A stretch of 63,567 bases of DNA from positions 1 to 63,567 of the IMG/VR virus record IMGVR_UViG_3300030430_004778; one strand, 5' to 3'. This document shows, one piece after another, positions 1 to 10,378 of this stretch. The DNA is from a virus (taxonomy: Duplodnaviria > Caudoviricetes). The position numbers were made by a program, and so were the translations under genes. Below the pieces are notes generated by a model. That model had not been told where the DNA came from. It saw only the letters and a list, made by a program, of their open reading frames with translations, and did not search any database. Positions within the stretch are counted from its first letter, which is position 1, and each line of letters begins with the position of its first letter.

Positions 1-1074
1 AGTGGATGGAGCAGAAGCAGTTGTCATAGTGTTTGCATTGGCGGTAACAATTGATGAAGTTAACACTGCAATGCCTGCTTGATAATAAATGTGACCGGCT
101 ATCTCTGCACCGGCGCCAGTACCGTCTGTACCGCCAGTAAAACCACTGACTGTTAATTGAGGTGCGCCAGAGGTGGCTATAGTGTTGTTTCCTGCGGTGC
201 CGACAACAGATTGCTCTAGCTTTAGAGTGTCATTAGTCGCAGCGGTAGTTGACACAGTAACTCGAATTTTACCAGCATGTCCGTTAGCAGACTCAATGCA
301 GGCTTTTAGAGAAGCAGCCACATCTCCAACTGCCCCAGTAGAACGAGCGAACTCTGGGGGGTTGGCGCTAAGGTTCTGGGCTGCAGCAGCCTTGTAAGCT
401 TTAGAAGTACCATCTGATGACACAATTGTCACTGTTCCATCTAAACTGACATGACCAGTGACCTGAACCGTAGCCGTAGCTGGGTTTTTAACGAACAATA
501 AGCCATACTCACCAGCTGGTGAATCTGTTTTAAATGACGTGTTTGCGCCAAAATCTCCAATGCTTACTTTTTCAGTACGAGTGTTCGGGTTTAATCCTGC
601 AGCACCGGCAGGACAATTTGAGTAAAATGAAAATCTGAACGAATCTTTTTTGATTTCATCTTTATTTAGTAATCTTGCAAAGTTCATAAACAAGCAAGAA
701 TCCATTTTATTGCCACTGGAATCAGAAGATCCTGATGGGGCAAACTGTTTGACGGCTCCGTCGATATCGTAACCGGCTAACACTTGTGCCATTTGATTGT
801 AAATGTTTATTTTCTTTTGGTCTTGGACATTAGAAGAACTTTGAAAAACAGAACCAGACGCATACCCAGCCGTTAAATCAAAAATATGATTCGCAGAAGA
901 ACTTAAAAAAGGATAATCAAAAACAGCTTCGTACATGCCATGAGCAAAATACTTAATATTCTCATCGCTGTAGGTTCCTGATACAATAGTTCCTGTAACC
1001 GGAATAGCCTCATGAAGAAGTGTTCTTGTAGTTGCCACATCTTCTGGTAAAAGTGTTTTAAATGAATTAGCCAT
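1..1074 (-). CDS. Partial virion structural (tail/baseplate region) protein; runs off the window start
   Basis: Not in the ORF track. Read manually: ATG at 1074 after AGGGGA, open frame MANSFKTLLPEDVATTRTLLHEAIPVTGTIVSGTY...GHIYYQAGIAVLT to the window edge. Sits in the structural gene run. Confidence 0.75.
   Translation of the reverse strand, partial: MANSFKTLLPEDVATTRTLLHEAIPVTGTIVSGTYSDENIKYFAHGMYEAVFDYPFLSSSANHIFDLTAGYASGSVFQSSSNVQDQKKINIYNQMAQVLAGYDIDGAVKQFAPSGSSDSSGNKMDSCLFMNFARLLNKDEIKKDSFRFSFYSNCPAGAAGLNPNTRTEKVSIGDFGANTSFKTDSPAGEYGLLFVKNPATATVQVTGHVSLDGTVTIVSSDGTSKAYKAAAAQNLSANPPEFARSTGAVGDVAASLKACIESANGHAGKIRVTVSTTAATNDTLKLEQSVVGTAGNNTIATSGAPQLTVSGFTGGTDGTGAGAEIAGHIYYQAGIAVLTSSIVTANANTMTTASAPST
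121..480 (-). repeat. Inserted ~120-aa module, copy 1 (protein-level repeat)
   Basis: ATATVQVTG..TVTIVSSDGTSKAYK..IESANGHAGKIRVT..LKLEQSVVGTAGNT..FTGGTDG; aligns by eye with the copies at 18860-19262 and 21040-21423. Confidence 0.7.
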
Positions 1075-1097
1075 TAGTTTCCCCTAAATTTTAAAAT

Positions 1098-2069
1098 TTA
1101 TTGTTTCTTTACAAATGTAACAGGTATATCAATGTGATACCCTGTAGTTACTCCAACTACTTTAATTTTACTGTCGAGCACTCTATAGTTGGAGGTCATT
1201 GTTACTGTTTTACCCAAGGTTGTGAACAAATAGTCACTAGCCTTTAAATTATTACTCGCTAGAACACCAAATCTTAACTTTGTACCACGAGGACCAGGTA
1301 TAATCTCTGCCTCTCTAGTTCCCGCTCCTACGTAAGTGCCTGAAGAACTATCTCCTGGCTCTGATATCTGCCCAACAGCACAATTAACAATATACTGCCC
1401 AATGTTTTTAGTAACATAATATGTTGCAATTTGATCGTCATCGATAAAAGAAGGTGATCCTTGCGTACCAGCGTACACATCAGTTAGTACTCCGAACCGA
1501 TTATCAATTGTTATCATATACTGTTGTTCGGTTAATTCTGCTGACAAAGGTGTCAATGCATCTAACTTTATCGTATTTAAACCTTGATCTACACGAATAT
1601 GGTTTCCGTTGGTTGTCGCTGGTGTGCCAAAGCCATGCACCAAGGTACCTCTAAGTGTTGTATCATCAGAAATTATTTGAGCTTGTGTTTCTTGGTTAAC
1701 TGGAATCACGAATGATTCTTTTGCAAGATTTGAATTTGGAGTTCTTTTAGTTAGCGATTCTTCAACCTCATTGATAACTAACTCTGGTAAAAAGAGTAAA
1801 TTATTGTTAGTTAAAGAAATTAGTTTAGTTTTTAAGCTTGAGCGATTGTTTGTAAACGCCTCTAAAATAGGAGTTTGTAAAATTTCTAAATCAAATACAG
1901 AAGAACCACCTTCAGCAGTTGGATTGTAAGAACCATAGTTTATCTCATCATCACCAAACGCAAATTTAGTTACTTTAAATGTTCCATCACCTCGCGCTAA
2001 TCTTTTTCTTCCTGCGTCAGTGAGAACGGCGTCTAAAATAATATCACCAGAATTGTCTAGAAAAGCCAT
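1098..2069 (-). CDS. Virion tail/baseplate-associated protein (N-terminus resembles tail-collar/fibre attachment domains)
   Basis: 323 aa with AGGAG SD. N-terminal DAVLTDAGRKRLARG..TKFAFGDDEINY is paralogous to the N-terminus of 9200..10372. Confidence 0.55.
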   Translation of the reverse strand: MAFLDNSGDIILDAVLTDAGRKRLARGDGTFKVTKFAFGDDEINYGSYNPTAEGGSSVFDLEILQTPILEAFTNNRSSLKTKLISLTNNNLLFLPELVINEVEESLTKRTPNSNLAKESFVIPVNQETQAQIISDDTTLRGTLVHGFGTPATTNGNHIRVDQGLNTIKLDALTPLSAELTEQQYMITIDNRFGVLTDVYAGTQGSPSFIDDDQIATYYVTKNIGQYIVNCAVGQISEPGDSSSGTYVGAGTREAEIIPGPRGTKLRFGVLASNNLKASDYLFTTLGKTVTMTSNYRVLDSKIKVVGVTTGYHIDIPVTFVKKQ

Positions 2070-2088
2070 ATATAACTCCTTTTTATGT

Positions 2089-2098
2089 TATAAATAGT
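2089..2098 (-). promoter_or_regulatory. Putative phage late promoter (ACTATTTATA)
   Basis: Motif lies just upstream of the SD of 1098..2069 and recurs upstream of many genes. Confidence 0.55.
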
Positions 2099-2263
2099 TT
2101 TATTTAAGTAAATGTTTGTTTTCTAATAAAAAATCTTTACGCTAATGGTGGTGATACACCTTTATTAATTTGATTTTCGCTATTATACAATATCTTTTTT
2201 AATTTGCTGCTTTATCTTGTTAGTTTGTTTAAGTCCCTCTTCTTTTGATAAGGTTAATGTCTT

Positions 2264-5200
2264 CTAATCTTCACCCTCAACAAGCAAGTTTGTATTTAGA
2301 TATTGATCGCTTATCTTTTTATTAAATCCTATATTTATATCTATCTTTTTACCTGTTTTCTTTGAAGTAATTCTTACTTTGTACTTCTTTAATCCGGAAA
2401 TCAATATGCCATTTTTATTATCCATAGTGTCGCCGCCGCCGGAAAGCGGCTTTTCATAAAACATATCTACAGTTTCTAAATTGTTTAAATTATAGTATTG
2501 ACGGACTCCATCAGCCAATCGTATTTTTAAAAACTTTTTCATAGTCTTGTCATAAGCAAATGGAGGTCTAGCGTCTGAAAATTTATGAACTTTTACAATC
2601 ATAAACGGTGGAAAGTCGCCGTCTTGAACTATTCTTACATAAAACACACTAGTTGGATTAGATAAGTTATTATGCATATCCTCGAATCTTGCAAAATAAT
2701 AGTAATCTACGTTTGGTAAAATATCATCATTGTAGCCTGCAGTCTGTTCGTTTTGTATCTCTTTTAGATCCGCCCCAGAAAAAGACTCCCAACTAATTGG
2801 TTCTTTAGTAGTTCTATATATTTTATATGTGCCCTTAAAATCATCCGTTTTGTATAAAACCTCATTTGGCTTTAAATTTAAATGTTTCTGATTTTGTTGT
2901 ATCTTAATTATTTTTTCTTCATCTTCTGGGAAAACACGAATTGCTTTTAGTTTTTCTTCTCCATAATTTATATTAAGTGTAATTAAAACTTTGTTGTTGA
3001 CATCTTTATACGGCTGAAATGATATATCAGGTGGCAATGGAGGATTATCTAAGACTGTTATTTTTTCTTGCTCGTCTGGAATTTCAGCACTGTTTAAGAT
3101 CGATAAGTTATTGTAATAAGGTGCTCTTATCAGCACTGGTTTTGAGCTGCGACCCTTCTTGTCCGCTTCGGCTAATTCAAATTTAAAACCATCTATATTT
3201 TTGTCTTCTTCAGCTTGAGATGCACCTTCATCATCAGGGAAACGTCTTAATGTAGTAATTAGATCGCGGCTTTGCCGCTCGTCGGCGGTAGCTGCAAGCG
3301 AAGATTCATAATCATAACCGAAAACTAATGAAATAGAGAAAACCTCATATATATATTCCTGATCATAAAATACTTGAGTGTCAATTATCTCTTTTTGATT
3401 ATCATCAAGACAAGGGACAAAAAAACTTTGTAAGTGGATTTTTTCTCCATTTATTATTTTATACTTTGCAACTTCCAAGGCTACAACTTCAGAATAGCAT
3501 TTTTCACCTCTATTGTAGCCACCTGTTTCTGTCGTCTGTAAATGTAAATTAGCAGCACTAATTAAAAAGCTTTTTATACCGTTTATATCACCAAGGAACG
3601 TCTCTTGGTTGTCTATTACGATTTGTGGAATGCTTGGACTATCATCAGCTAATTTAATATTTGTGCTTTCAAAATCCAAAGCATAATGACCAAAATCTTG
3701 GTCTGTTATTGTAGACAAATCTAAAATTTGCAATGTTGACATCGACGCTTTTGTTTTTACACCGGATCCGGCATCACTTAGTCCAGTGCGATTAACTAAC
3801 GAAAATGTATGCAAACTTTTGAAATTAGGAATATCAGAAAAATCTATCGCAGAGTCAAAAAAACCACCACTTGAAAAATAATTTCCAATTATAGACATAA
3901 AAATGTTTAAACCTCTTGCACCGTAGAGCTTAACAATTTCTGATATAATTCCCTCCTCACCACTATACTCTGGGGGGAGTGTTATTTTAATATAATATGG
4001 AATGAGTTGTGATGTTTTGGTTATTTCATCCAAGCTAATCACATCTCCTAACAATGTGCGAACGTTGCTCCCAAAAATAATTCTTTTATGCCTTTCTATA
4101 TTTTCTGTCGAAGGAAGGGAATTATTTGATATATTATAATATTCATCAAAAGTAAAGTTATCCAAAAGCGGCGGGTCTGAATCTAATTTAACTATTTTTG
4201 TAAAATAATTATTTATATCTACATTATTGCTTGTAGTGGAAAACTTATAGTAAGCATAAATATTTGGAAGCTGCCATTCTAACTGAACATTGTCAGGTGG
4301 CGTCTCTACACCTTCTTTATAATAATTATATTTTGATATTATTGTAACAAGACTATCACTATATGGAGATGATTTTTTTAAATCAGTAACAACGTAGATA
4401 TGTTTTGGTTTCATAGCGTCGGGCAACGTGCTGAATATCCCAATGGGATATAGAAGCCTCTGTAATAGTAAACCGATCGCAGGTATATGACCACCTGGTT
4501 CGGCATAGTCATCTAAATAGTCTAACTGGGTTATTGGTAAATTTGTGCCTGGTGTGAATAAGTCAAACGTATTTAAACTTTGTGTGTCTTTGACATAATC
4601 AAAAATTATTCTATTGTTACCATTTAAAAATACAGCCTCTCCCACAGCGCTATCGTTCCAAAGATTATTCATTTGCTGTAGTGGCGCTAATATTTCATCG
4701 TCGCCATCAGCTAAATAATTGTTTAAAACATTTGTGTAATTTTCTTCTGTACCAGGAGTAAAGAATTTATTTTTGTAAAGCAGCATACCAAGACTAAGAT
4801 GTCTTGATAGATTACCTAAATATATATCGAAAAAGAACTGTTGTTTGAAGATGTTATTTACAACGAGACTGTACTCTATAAATGGATAATTGTCAACAGA
4901 ATTTGGATTATAAAGTGATAAATTAGAAGTATGCCGAGCGTTGCCATTTAAATCTATAAAAAATCTAATATTGTTAATAAAATTAAACATATCAGGCAGA
5001 TAACCTCCGAGAAGTTCCATGTTAGAACTAAAACTAATCGGTCTAGGATGATTTTTAAAGTTATCTTCTTTATAAATTGTTTCATTAAAAGAACCATAAT
5101 TTATGTTATTTATTGCACTTGACGGAGAGTCTAATAAATCAAACGTGCTTGGGTCTATAAACAAAGATGCCGGTGATAAGTCTAACTTATCAAAGTTATC

Positions 5201-5284
5201 AAATATAGTATATTTATCCAGATCTGGGTTTTTCTCTATAGGGGTGTAAGGCTCGCCAGTTTCTGGGTTAATCTCTTCAGCCAT
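2264..5284 (-). CDS. Large hypothetical virion protein, possibly with FN3/Ig-like C-terminal region
   Basis: 1006-aa ORF in the structural module. C-terminal YKIYRT...DDILPNVDYYYFARFED resembles FN3-like strands. Confidence 0.6.
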   Translation of the reverse strand: MAEEINPETGEPYTPIEKNPDLDKYTIFDNFDKLDLSPASLFIDPSTFDLLDSPSSAINNINYGSFNETIYKEDNFKNHPRPISFSSNMELLGGYLPDMFNFINNIRFFIDLNGNARHTSNLSLYNPNSVDNYPFIEYSLVVNNIFKQQFFFDIYLGNLSRHLSLGMLLYKNKFFTPGTEENYTNVLNNYLADGDDEILAPLQQMNNLWNDSAVGEAVFLNGNNRIIFDYVKDTQSLNTFDLFTPGTNLPITQLDYLDDYAEPGGHIPAIGLLLQRLLYPIGIFSTLPDAMKPKHIYVVTDLKKSSPYSDSLVTIISKYNYYKEGVETPPDNVQLEWQLPNIYAYYKFSTTSNNVDINNYFTKIVKLDSDPPLLDNFTFDEYYNISNNSLPSTENIERHKRIIFGSNVRTLLGDVISLDEITKTSQLIPYYIKITLPPEYSGEEGIISEIVKLYGARGLNIFMSIIGNYFSSGGFFDSAIDFSDIPNFKSLHTFSLVNRTGLSDAGSGVKTKASMSTLQILDLSTITDQDFGHYALDFESTNIKLADDSPSIPQIVIDNQETFLGDINGIKSFLISAANLHLQTTETGGYNRGEKCYSEVVALEVAKYKIINGEKIHLQSFFVPCLDDNQKEIIDTQVFYDQEYIYEVFSISLVFGYDYESSLAATADERQSRDLITTLRRFPDDEGASQAEEDKNIDGFKFELAEADKKGRSSKPVLIRAPYYNNLSILNSAEIPDEQEKITVLDNPPLPPDISFQPYKDVNNKVLITLNINYGEEKLKAIRVFPEDEEKIIKIQQNQKHLNLKPNEVLYKTDDFKGTYKIYRTTKEPISWESFSGADLKEIQNEQTAGYNDDILPNVDYYYFARFEDMHNNLSNPTSVFYVRIVQDGDFPPFMIVKVHKFSDARPPFAYDKTMKKFLKIRLADGVRQYYNLNNLETVDMFYEKPLSGGGDTMDNKNGILISGLKKYKVRITSKKTGKKIDINIGFNKKISDQYLNTNLLVEGED

Positions 5285-5286
5285 AT

Positions 5287-5544
5287 TTAGTAACCGCCGC
5301 CGCCTGTAGTCCCACCAGAAGTGCCTCCTGCGCTAGACATGCCATAACTAACTACTGGTGTTATAGGTGTGGTAATTGGAGTTGCCGGCGGCGTTCTATC
5401 AGAGACTGATGTAGCCTCTTGTGTTTCTTCCATCTGTGCTTCCTCTGTTTCGCTTTCTGGTAAAGAAAAGAAAAATATTTTTTTATCTATTTGAATTGAA
5501 TCTACAAATAGACTGTATGCATTTTGAAAATAAGCTTCGTTCAT
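5287..5544 (-). CDS. Small P/T/G-rich hypothetical protein (may be a detached C-terminus of the upstream gene)
   Basis: 85 aa with AAAGGTGA SD-like sequence; low-complexity end SSAGGTSGGTTGGGGY. Confidence 0.45.
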   Translation of the reverse strand: MNEAYFQNAYSLFVDSIQIDKKIFFFSLPESETEEAQMEETQEATSVSDRTPPATPITTPITPVVSYGMSSAGGTSGGTTGGGGY

Positions 5545-5579
5545 GGTTCACCTTTTAAGATAATTAGTTTTTCATGTTT

Positions 5580-8500
5580 TTATTCTCTTTTCTGGATTAC
5601 TTTAACAGTATTTTGCTGCACTTTTAAATTTTCTTTATATGCGGCATCTTCTACTGCAGTACTTTTCATTGCAGACTCTTTAGCTTTATCATCTATAGTT
5701 GCATTAAGTGTTTTAATTTGTTTATCAAGTTTCTGTCTTGCCATAGAAGTTATAGTTTCTCTTTGGATTTCTCTTGGTTGGCTAGTTATATCAGAATTAA
5801 GAGAAGTAGCTAGATCAACATTTGCTGGGGTTGATTTTGTGTTTATATAAAACAAGTGATTGTAATTAAAGTAGTTTTTGTATAAATTTATAATTTTTTT
5901 ATCAAATAAGCAGGTTTCAGTATCGTCTTCAAAAAACTCAACTTTGCAAAATAACTTTTTGCCTTGTGGTATACTTTGCAATACACTTAAAGAAAGGGGT
6001 ACCCAATCCATTTTTTTAATAAATTTATCACTTACAGTTGTTGTGGGTAAAAATTTAGAGCTTAAAGAATATGAAATGCCAAATGACTCATTTGATTTGA
6101 CTTCAAATCCTCTTAAATAATAAACTCTAGAAAATATACTAAGCAAGTAAGCATAATAGTGATAATTATAAAATTTTAAATTACCATTTGTGTCATAAAT
6201 ATTTTCCATGATGTTTGTAAGGAAAGATTTAGCACTTTGTAAATTTGACATTTGATCTAAAGAAAATAAATTTATCGAGAAAGGCAATCCAACGTCTTCC
6301 GGAACTCCTTGCTTTTCTTTATTTAAAAAGTTAATGTTTCTTTTCTTATAAGAATCAGTAAGAAGTAAATTTATGAAAGCTAAAGAAAAATTAATGGGAT
6401 AGTTTTTATATGTCCCACCTTGCCATGAAAAACTAGTTTTACCAACAGAACCAAAAGATATATCTCTCGTGGCGACACCCTCATCCGTGCCACAATCAGA
6501 AAAACTTTCTTGCGTTGTGATAAGTTTATCTGCAAACTCCGAACCGAAATTATCCTCTAAAGCATTATTAAGAGGAATTTCTTCACTGCTATATGTTGTC
6601 GACTCCATTAAATAGATTTTTTTACTTTCCTTTGGAGATATAAATCTTACTCCAAAGTTTGACAATATTTCAGGCACTAATACTGAATCCTGTGAATTGT
6701 TTATATTACTAAAAAGCTGCTTCTGTATTGTCTGTAGATAGTTTACGTACAGGTCTATGTTAACTGCTTTTTGTAAATTTAATGACGAAGGAGAAGCGTA
6801 AGGTAGAAATGAATAATCAAAGTCGCCCTCTTGTGCAAATTGTGCTCTGCCCTCTGTTGTCAGAAAATTAATTATATTCGGATTTTGTACTATAGACTTA
6901 TAAGCCGCAGAGCTAATTTCTTTAATACCTCCATTGGTGCTGAAATTTTTTGCCTCTTCTATCCAATTAAAATAATTTTTAGACTTTGTAAGGTCTATAA
7001 TATTGTCAAATTTATAATTAAATTCTGTTATGTGTGACTCGTGAAGATTTATATCTGTTGATTTTAAAGAATCTTTTGTGGTAAAACCACTACTTTTTTT
7101 AGTCATACTGTTTACAGAAGAGTAAACATCCAATAATTTAGACACTTTATTATAAGATATCTTCATTAAAGAATTGACTTTTTCCAACAATGTAGGATTT
7201 GTACTAGATAATCTTAAAGCAGATTTTACAAAAAATGTAAAATCATTTTTTGGCTGTAGATCTAAAATTGATTTTTGAGTAGCAGAGCTATTAAAAGATT
7301 CACAAAACAAAGAATTAATCGCAACAAAAAATAAATTTAAATCATCTAATCCAAAGGTTTCTGTGAAAGCTCCTGCAACTGTTGTTGGAATTTCTTGTGT
7401 TCTGTCAAAAGTAAAACTTAAAGGTAGGGTTGCGTTAGTTGAAGAGTCTAGAGACTCAGAAACAAAAGTATTATTTAAGGACTGTTGGAATTCATCAAAA
7501 ACCTTAACAAGCCTACCAGTTCCACTATCTCTCATTAAAAAGCTTGACTTTTCTGTTAGTTCATCTACATTTTGTATTATGTTATTTATTTGTATTAATT
7601 TATCAGAAAGATACTCTAGCATTGGATCTCTAAATTTTAACTTTACTTCATAGCAAAATTTACCATTATCATTCTTAGCGTCTAACTCTCCATCAACAAA
7701 TTCATAAAAACTTATATGATCACCACTGTTGAAATTTTCTATGAATAACTCGTTTGTTCTATTAGTTAAAGAAAAACCCTTAGATATATTTTTTCCAAGT
7801 TGATTCAATGAATTAGCATCACTAAAAAAGATATCGTTATCACCCACTAACAAGCTTTTTGATTCACCCGTTGCTTTATCGACTCTAATGATTTCAAAAT
7901 AGTTAATATTTAAATTTGTCACTAATCGATTAAATATATTTTCTTCGACCGCAGTGAGCTTTTGTAATAAATTAGATAATTTCGTTGTCTGCGTTAACAA
8001 GCTTTTTTTATCGAGTGCAAAAAAGAAAGAAATATTATCTTTTGTATTTTGTATGCCATTTACGTAAGACTTAACAACAGGACGAACAGAAAATTTACCT
8101 TCAGAAAAAACTGGCTTGTTTGTAATAAAATTATCGACAGGTATATTAGTTTTTTGTCCGGTGTAAGTTACATCATTAGATGTGGCTAGAATTGCTTCAT
8201 AATTTAATGATTTATAAGAAAAGAGATCTTCAAACATACTTGAACTTCTAAAATCTACAATTTTTGTATTGGGCTTAGCAATATAAGTCAAGTAAGGATG
8301 AGGCGTCTGACTGCTATGTTTTGCTCCCGCCATAGCTCTAGACTTTCCAAAATTAGGATTTGCTGGGTCACTTATTCGATGAAAGTGTATTGGACCGGTC
8401 CAGATATCACCAGGAGAGCCAAATATTTCATTTGCTTTTTGGTTTATATTTTGTTCACTCGTATCAATCGCTATATTACTAAGACCTGGAAAGACTGTTA

Positions 8501-9206
8501 AGAGTCTTGACTCTGCGGAAGGTATCGTATTGGTTTTAGTTAAACTAAACTCTTTTTTGTTATATCCGTAGCTATCTCCAATAATAAAATATCCTGTTTT
8601 TGTATAAATTTGATTATTATTAAATATAACCTCGGTTCCTATGGTGTCCCCTGATATAGCAGTGCCCATGGATAAAAAATATATACATCCAAGAAAATTT
8701 GGATTTCCACCTGAAGAATCTGTATTTTCATTAAAATTGATTTTTGTAGTCACATCTAGAGGTACGTTTAAAATCTTGGTACTTGATGCTTTTTTATCTT
8801 GATGTGCTCGAAAAATGTACTTATTGATATTTTTTCTTGAGTACAGTAATTTTCTTTTTAACACTTTAGTAGAATTTTTCTTTAAAAAGTTTAATTTTTC
8901 TTCTATTGTCAATGCAAAAAAATTAGAAAACTCTTGTTTGTCGTTAATAATGATTATATTTAATGTCGAGCTTTCTAAAGTGTTAGAAATTTTTGACAAT
9001 CTATTAGGATTTAAACCGGTCTTTAGCATAGATTTAATGCAGAACTGCATTGTTGCCAACATACGTATACTAGTATCTTCAGTTTCACTACCGTAATAGT
9101 AGCTATATTGGCTCTTCTTGTTTAAGTCCATTTCCTTTGGGTCATTTAATATTATTTTACTTAAAAAAGGTTTAAGTTTCCCATCTATTCCTTTAATCAT
9201 CAGCAA
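5580..9206 (-). CDS. Large hypothetical virion protein
   Basis: 1208-aa ORF overlapping its neighbour; contains a His-rich motif WTGPIHFH..MAGAKHSSQTPHPYL. Confidence 0.65.
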   Translation of the reverse strand: MLMIKGIDGKLKPFLSKIILNDPKEMDLNKKSQYSYYYGSETEDTSIRMLATMQFCIKSMLKTGLNPNRLSKISNTLESSTLNIIIINDKQEFSNFFALTIEEKLNFLKKNSTKVLKRKLLYSRKNINKYIFRAHQDKKASSTKILNVPLDVTTKINFNENTDSSGGNPNFLGCIYFLSMGTAISGDTIGTEVIFNNNQIYTKTGYFIIGDSYGYNKKEFSLTKTNTIPSAESRLLTVFPGLSNIAIDTSEQNINQKANEIFGSPGDIWTGPIHFHRISDPANPNFGKSRAMAGAKHSSQTPHPYLTYIAKPNTKIVDFRSSSMFEDLFSYKSLNYEAILATSNDVTYTGQKTNIPVDNFITNKPVFSEGKFSVRPVVKSYVNGIQNTKDNISFFFALDKKSLLTQTTKLSNLLQKLTAVEENIFNRLVTNLNINYFEIIRVDKATGESKSLLVGDNDIFFSDANSLNQLGKNISKGFSLTNRTNELFIENFNSGDHISFYEFVDGELDAKNDNGKFCYEVKLKFRDPMLEYLSDKLIQINNIIQNVDELTEKSSFLMRDSGTGRLVKVFDEFQQSLNNTFVSESLDSSTNATLPLSFTFDRTQEIPTTVAGAFTETFGLDDLNLFFVAINSLFCESFNSSATQKSILDLQPKNDFTFFVKSALRLSSTNPTLLEKVNSLMKISYNKVSKLLDVYSSVNSMTKKSSGFTTKDSLKSTDINLHESHITEFNYKFDNIIDLTKSKNYFNWIEEAKNFSTNGGIKEISSAAYKSIVQNPNIINFLTTEGRAQFAQEGDFDYSFLPYASPSSLNLQKAVNIDLYVNYLQTIQKQLFSNINNSQDSVLVPEILSNFGVRFISPKESKKIYLMESTTYSSEEIPLNNALEDNFGSEFADKLITTQESFSDCGTDEGVATRDISFGSVGKTSFSWQGGTYKNYPINFSLAFINLLLTDSYKKRNINFLNKEKQGVPEDVGLPFSINLFSLDQMSNLQSAKSFLTNIMENIYDTNGNLKFYNYHYYAYLLSIFSRVYYLRGFEVKSNESFGISYSLSSKFLPTTTVSDKFIKKMDWVPLSLSVLQSIPQGKKLFCKVEFFEDDTETCLFDKKIINLYKNYFNYNHLFYINTKSTPANVDLATSLNSDITSQPREIQRETITSMARQKLDKQIKTLNATIDDKAKESAMKSTAVEDAAYKENLKVQQNTVKVIQKRE

Positions 9207-10372
9207 ACATCTCCGGTATCCACCTCTGGTAGATTGGAATATGGATCAACAAAGACTGTTTCTTGTTCAGATTCAGTTTCACAATCAAAAACATTAGATA
9301 AGTAAATGCTTTGATTTTTTAGTTTTTTATCATTGCCAATTAAATAGCACCCTATTTGAGAGTTAATTTCTTCATCAATTTCAAAATTAAAAACATTTTC
9401 TACTGCGTCTTGTAAAAATACTGGTGCCACATCTGAAATATTCAATCCAGATTCATTAGCAAAAAACATTTTTGTTAAAGTTTCCTCTCCAGTATCATCA
9501 TCAGTTTTAGTAGTCGTTACTTCATATACCTCAATCATGAAATTTTCCCTTTCTAGGTCCACATTTGCTTCTTCTAGGGATATAAAAAGAAAATCTTTTT
9601 CTACAAAAAGAGATCCAACGACTTCCTTAACATCTTCTTGCATTTCATTTGTTGTGTTTTGGACTACATTTATTTTTTCAAAGAACAATCCATCTTCGTT
9701 TGCAGTTTGAGTATCGCCAAAAAAATCAACATTTGGTATTTTTTCTAATTGCGAAATCACTTCTTCGGGCTTAGACAATATCTCATAGGGGTCATATATC
9801 TTGTTCATGCGATAAGCCACATCACTTAGAACACAGTTTATTTGTGGAATGTTTTTAATAATATTATTTTTTTGATAATAAGCAGCGGAGTCTGTTATTT
9901 CACCATGATAAAATAAAACATTAAAAGCAGGATTTAAATTGTTCGTAAACGGTTTTGTTCCAATTAAATTATCTAATAGTTTATCTGCCTCTAGTTGTGA
10001 AAACTTTAAAGAGTGTGCAATGATTTTATCTTCGAATTCTCCTACAGATTGGATTTCTAATAAACCAGCTACCGTAGCTGCGGAACCAGCAAACGTTGCA
10101 TACTCTGAATAATCTTTAGAAAAGAAAACATTATCTGCTCCTGTTTTTCTAGCTTGCACTTTTAACCGAGGTGTCTGTTCCTGTATTCGTGTTTCGATAC
10201 CTGATGGTGTGGCATCTGCATTTGAGCCACTAATCCAACGACTATCGTATACGACACCATCGTCAGAAAACGTATAATACGTAGGCTTAAATAAGCCTTT
10301 TGCTAAAAGTTGTCTTCCGTAGCTTGTTAATTGTAAATCAATGACGTCTTGCTTTTTATTAAAAAACTCCAT
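9200..10372 (-). CDS. Virion tail/baseplate-associated protein, paralog of 1098..2069
   Basis: 390 aa; N-terminal DVIDLQLTSYGRQLLAKG.FKPTYYTFSDDGVVYD. Confidence 0.55.
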   Translation of the reverse strand: MEFFNKKQDVIDLQLTSYGRQLLAKGLFKPTYYTFSDDGVVYDSRWISGSNADATPSGIETRIQEQTPRLKVQARKTGADNVFFSKDYSEYATFAGSAATVAGLLEIQSVGEFEDKIIAHSLKFSQLEADKLLDNLIGTKPFTNNLNPAFNVLFYHGEITDSAAYYQKNNIIKNIPQINCVLSDVAYRMNKIYDPYEILSKPEEVISQLEKIPNVDFFGDTQTANEDGLFFEKINVVQNTTNEMQEDVKEVVGSLFVEKDFLFISLEEANVDLERENFMIEVYEVTTTKTDDDTGEETLTKMFFANESGLNISDVAPVFLQDAVENVFNFEIDEEINSQIGCYLIGNDKKLKNQSIYLSNVFDCETESEQETVFVDPYSNLPEVDTGDVC

Positions 10373-10378
10373 AAAGTT

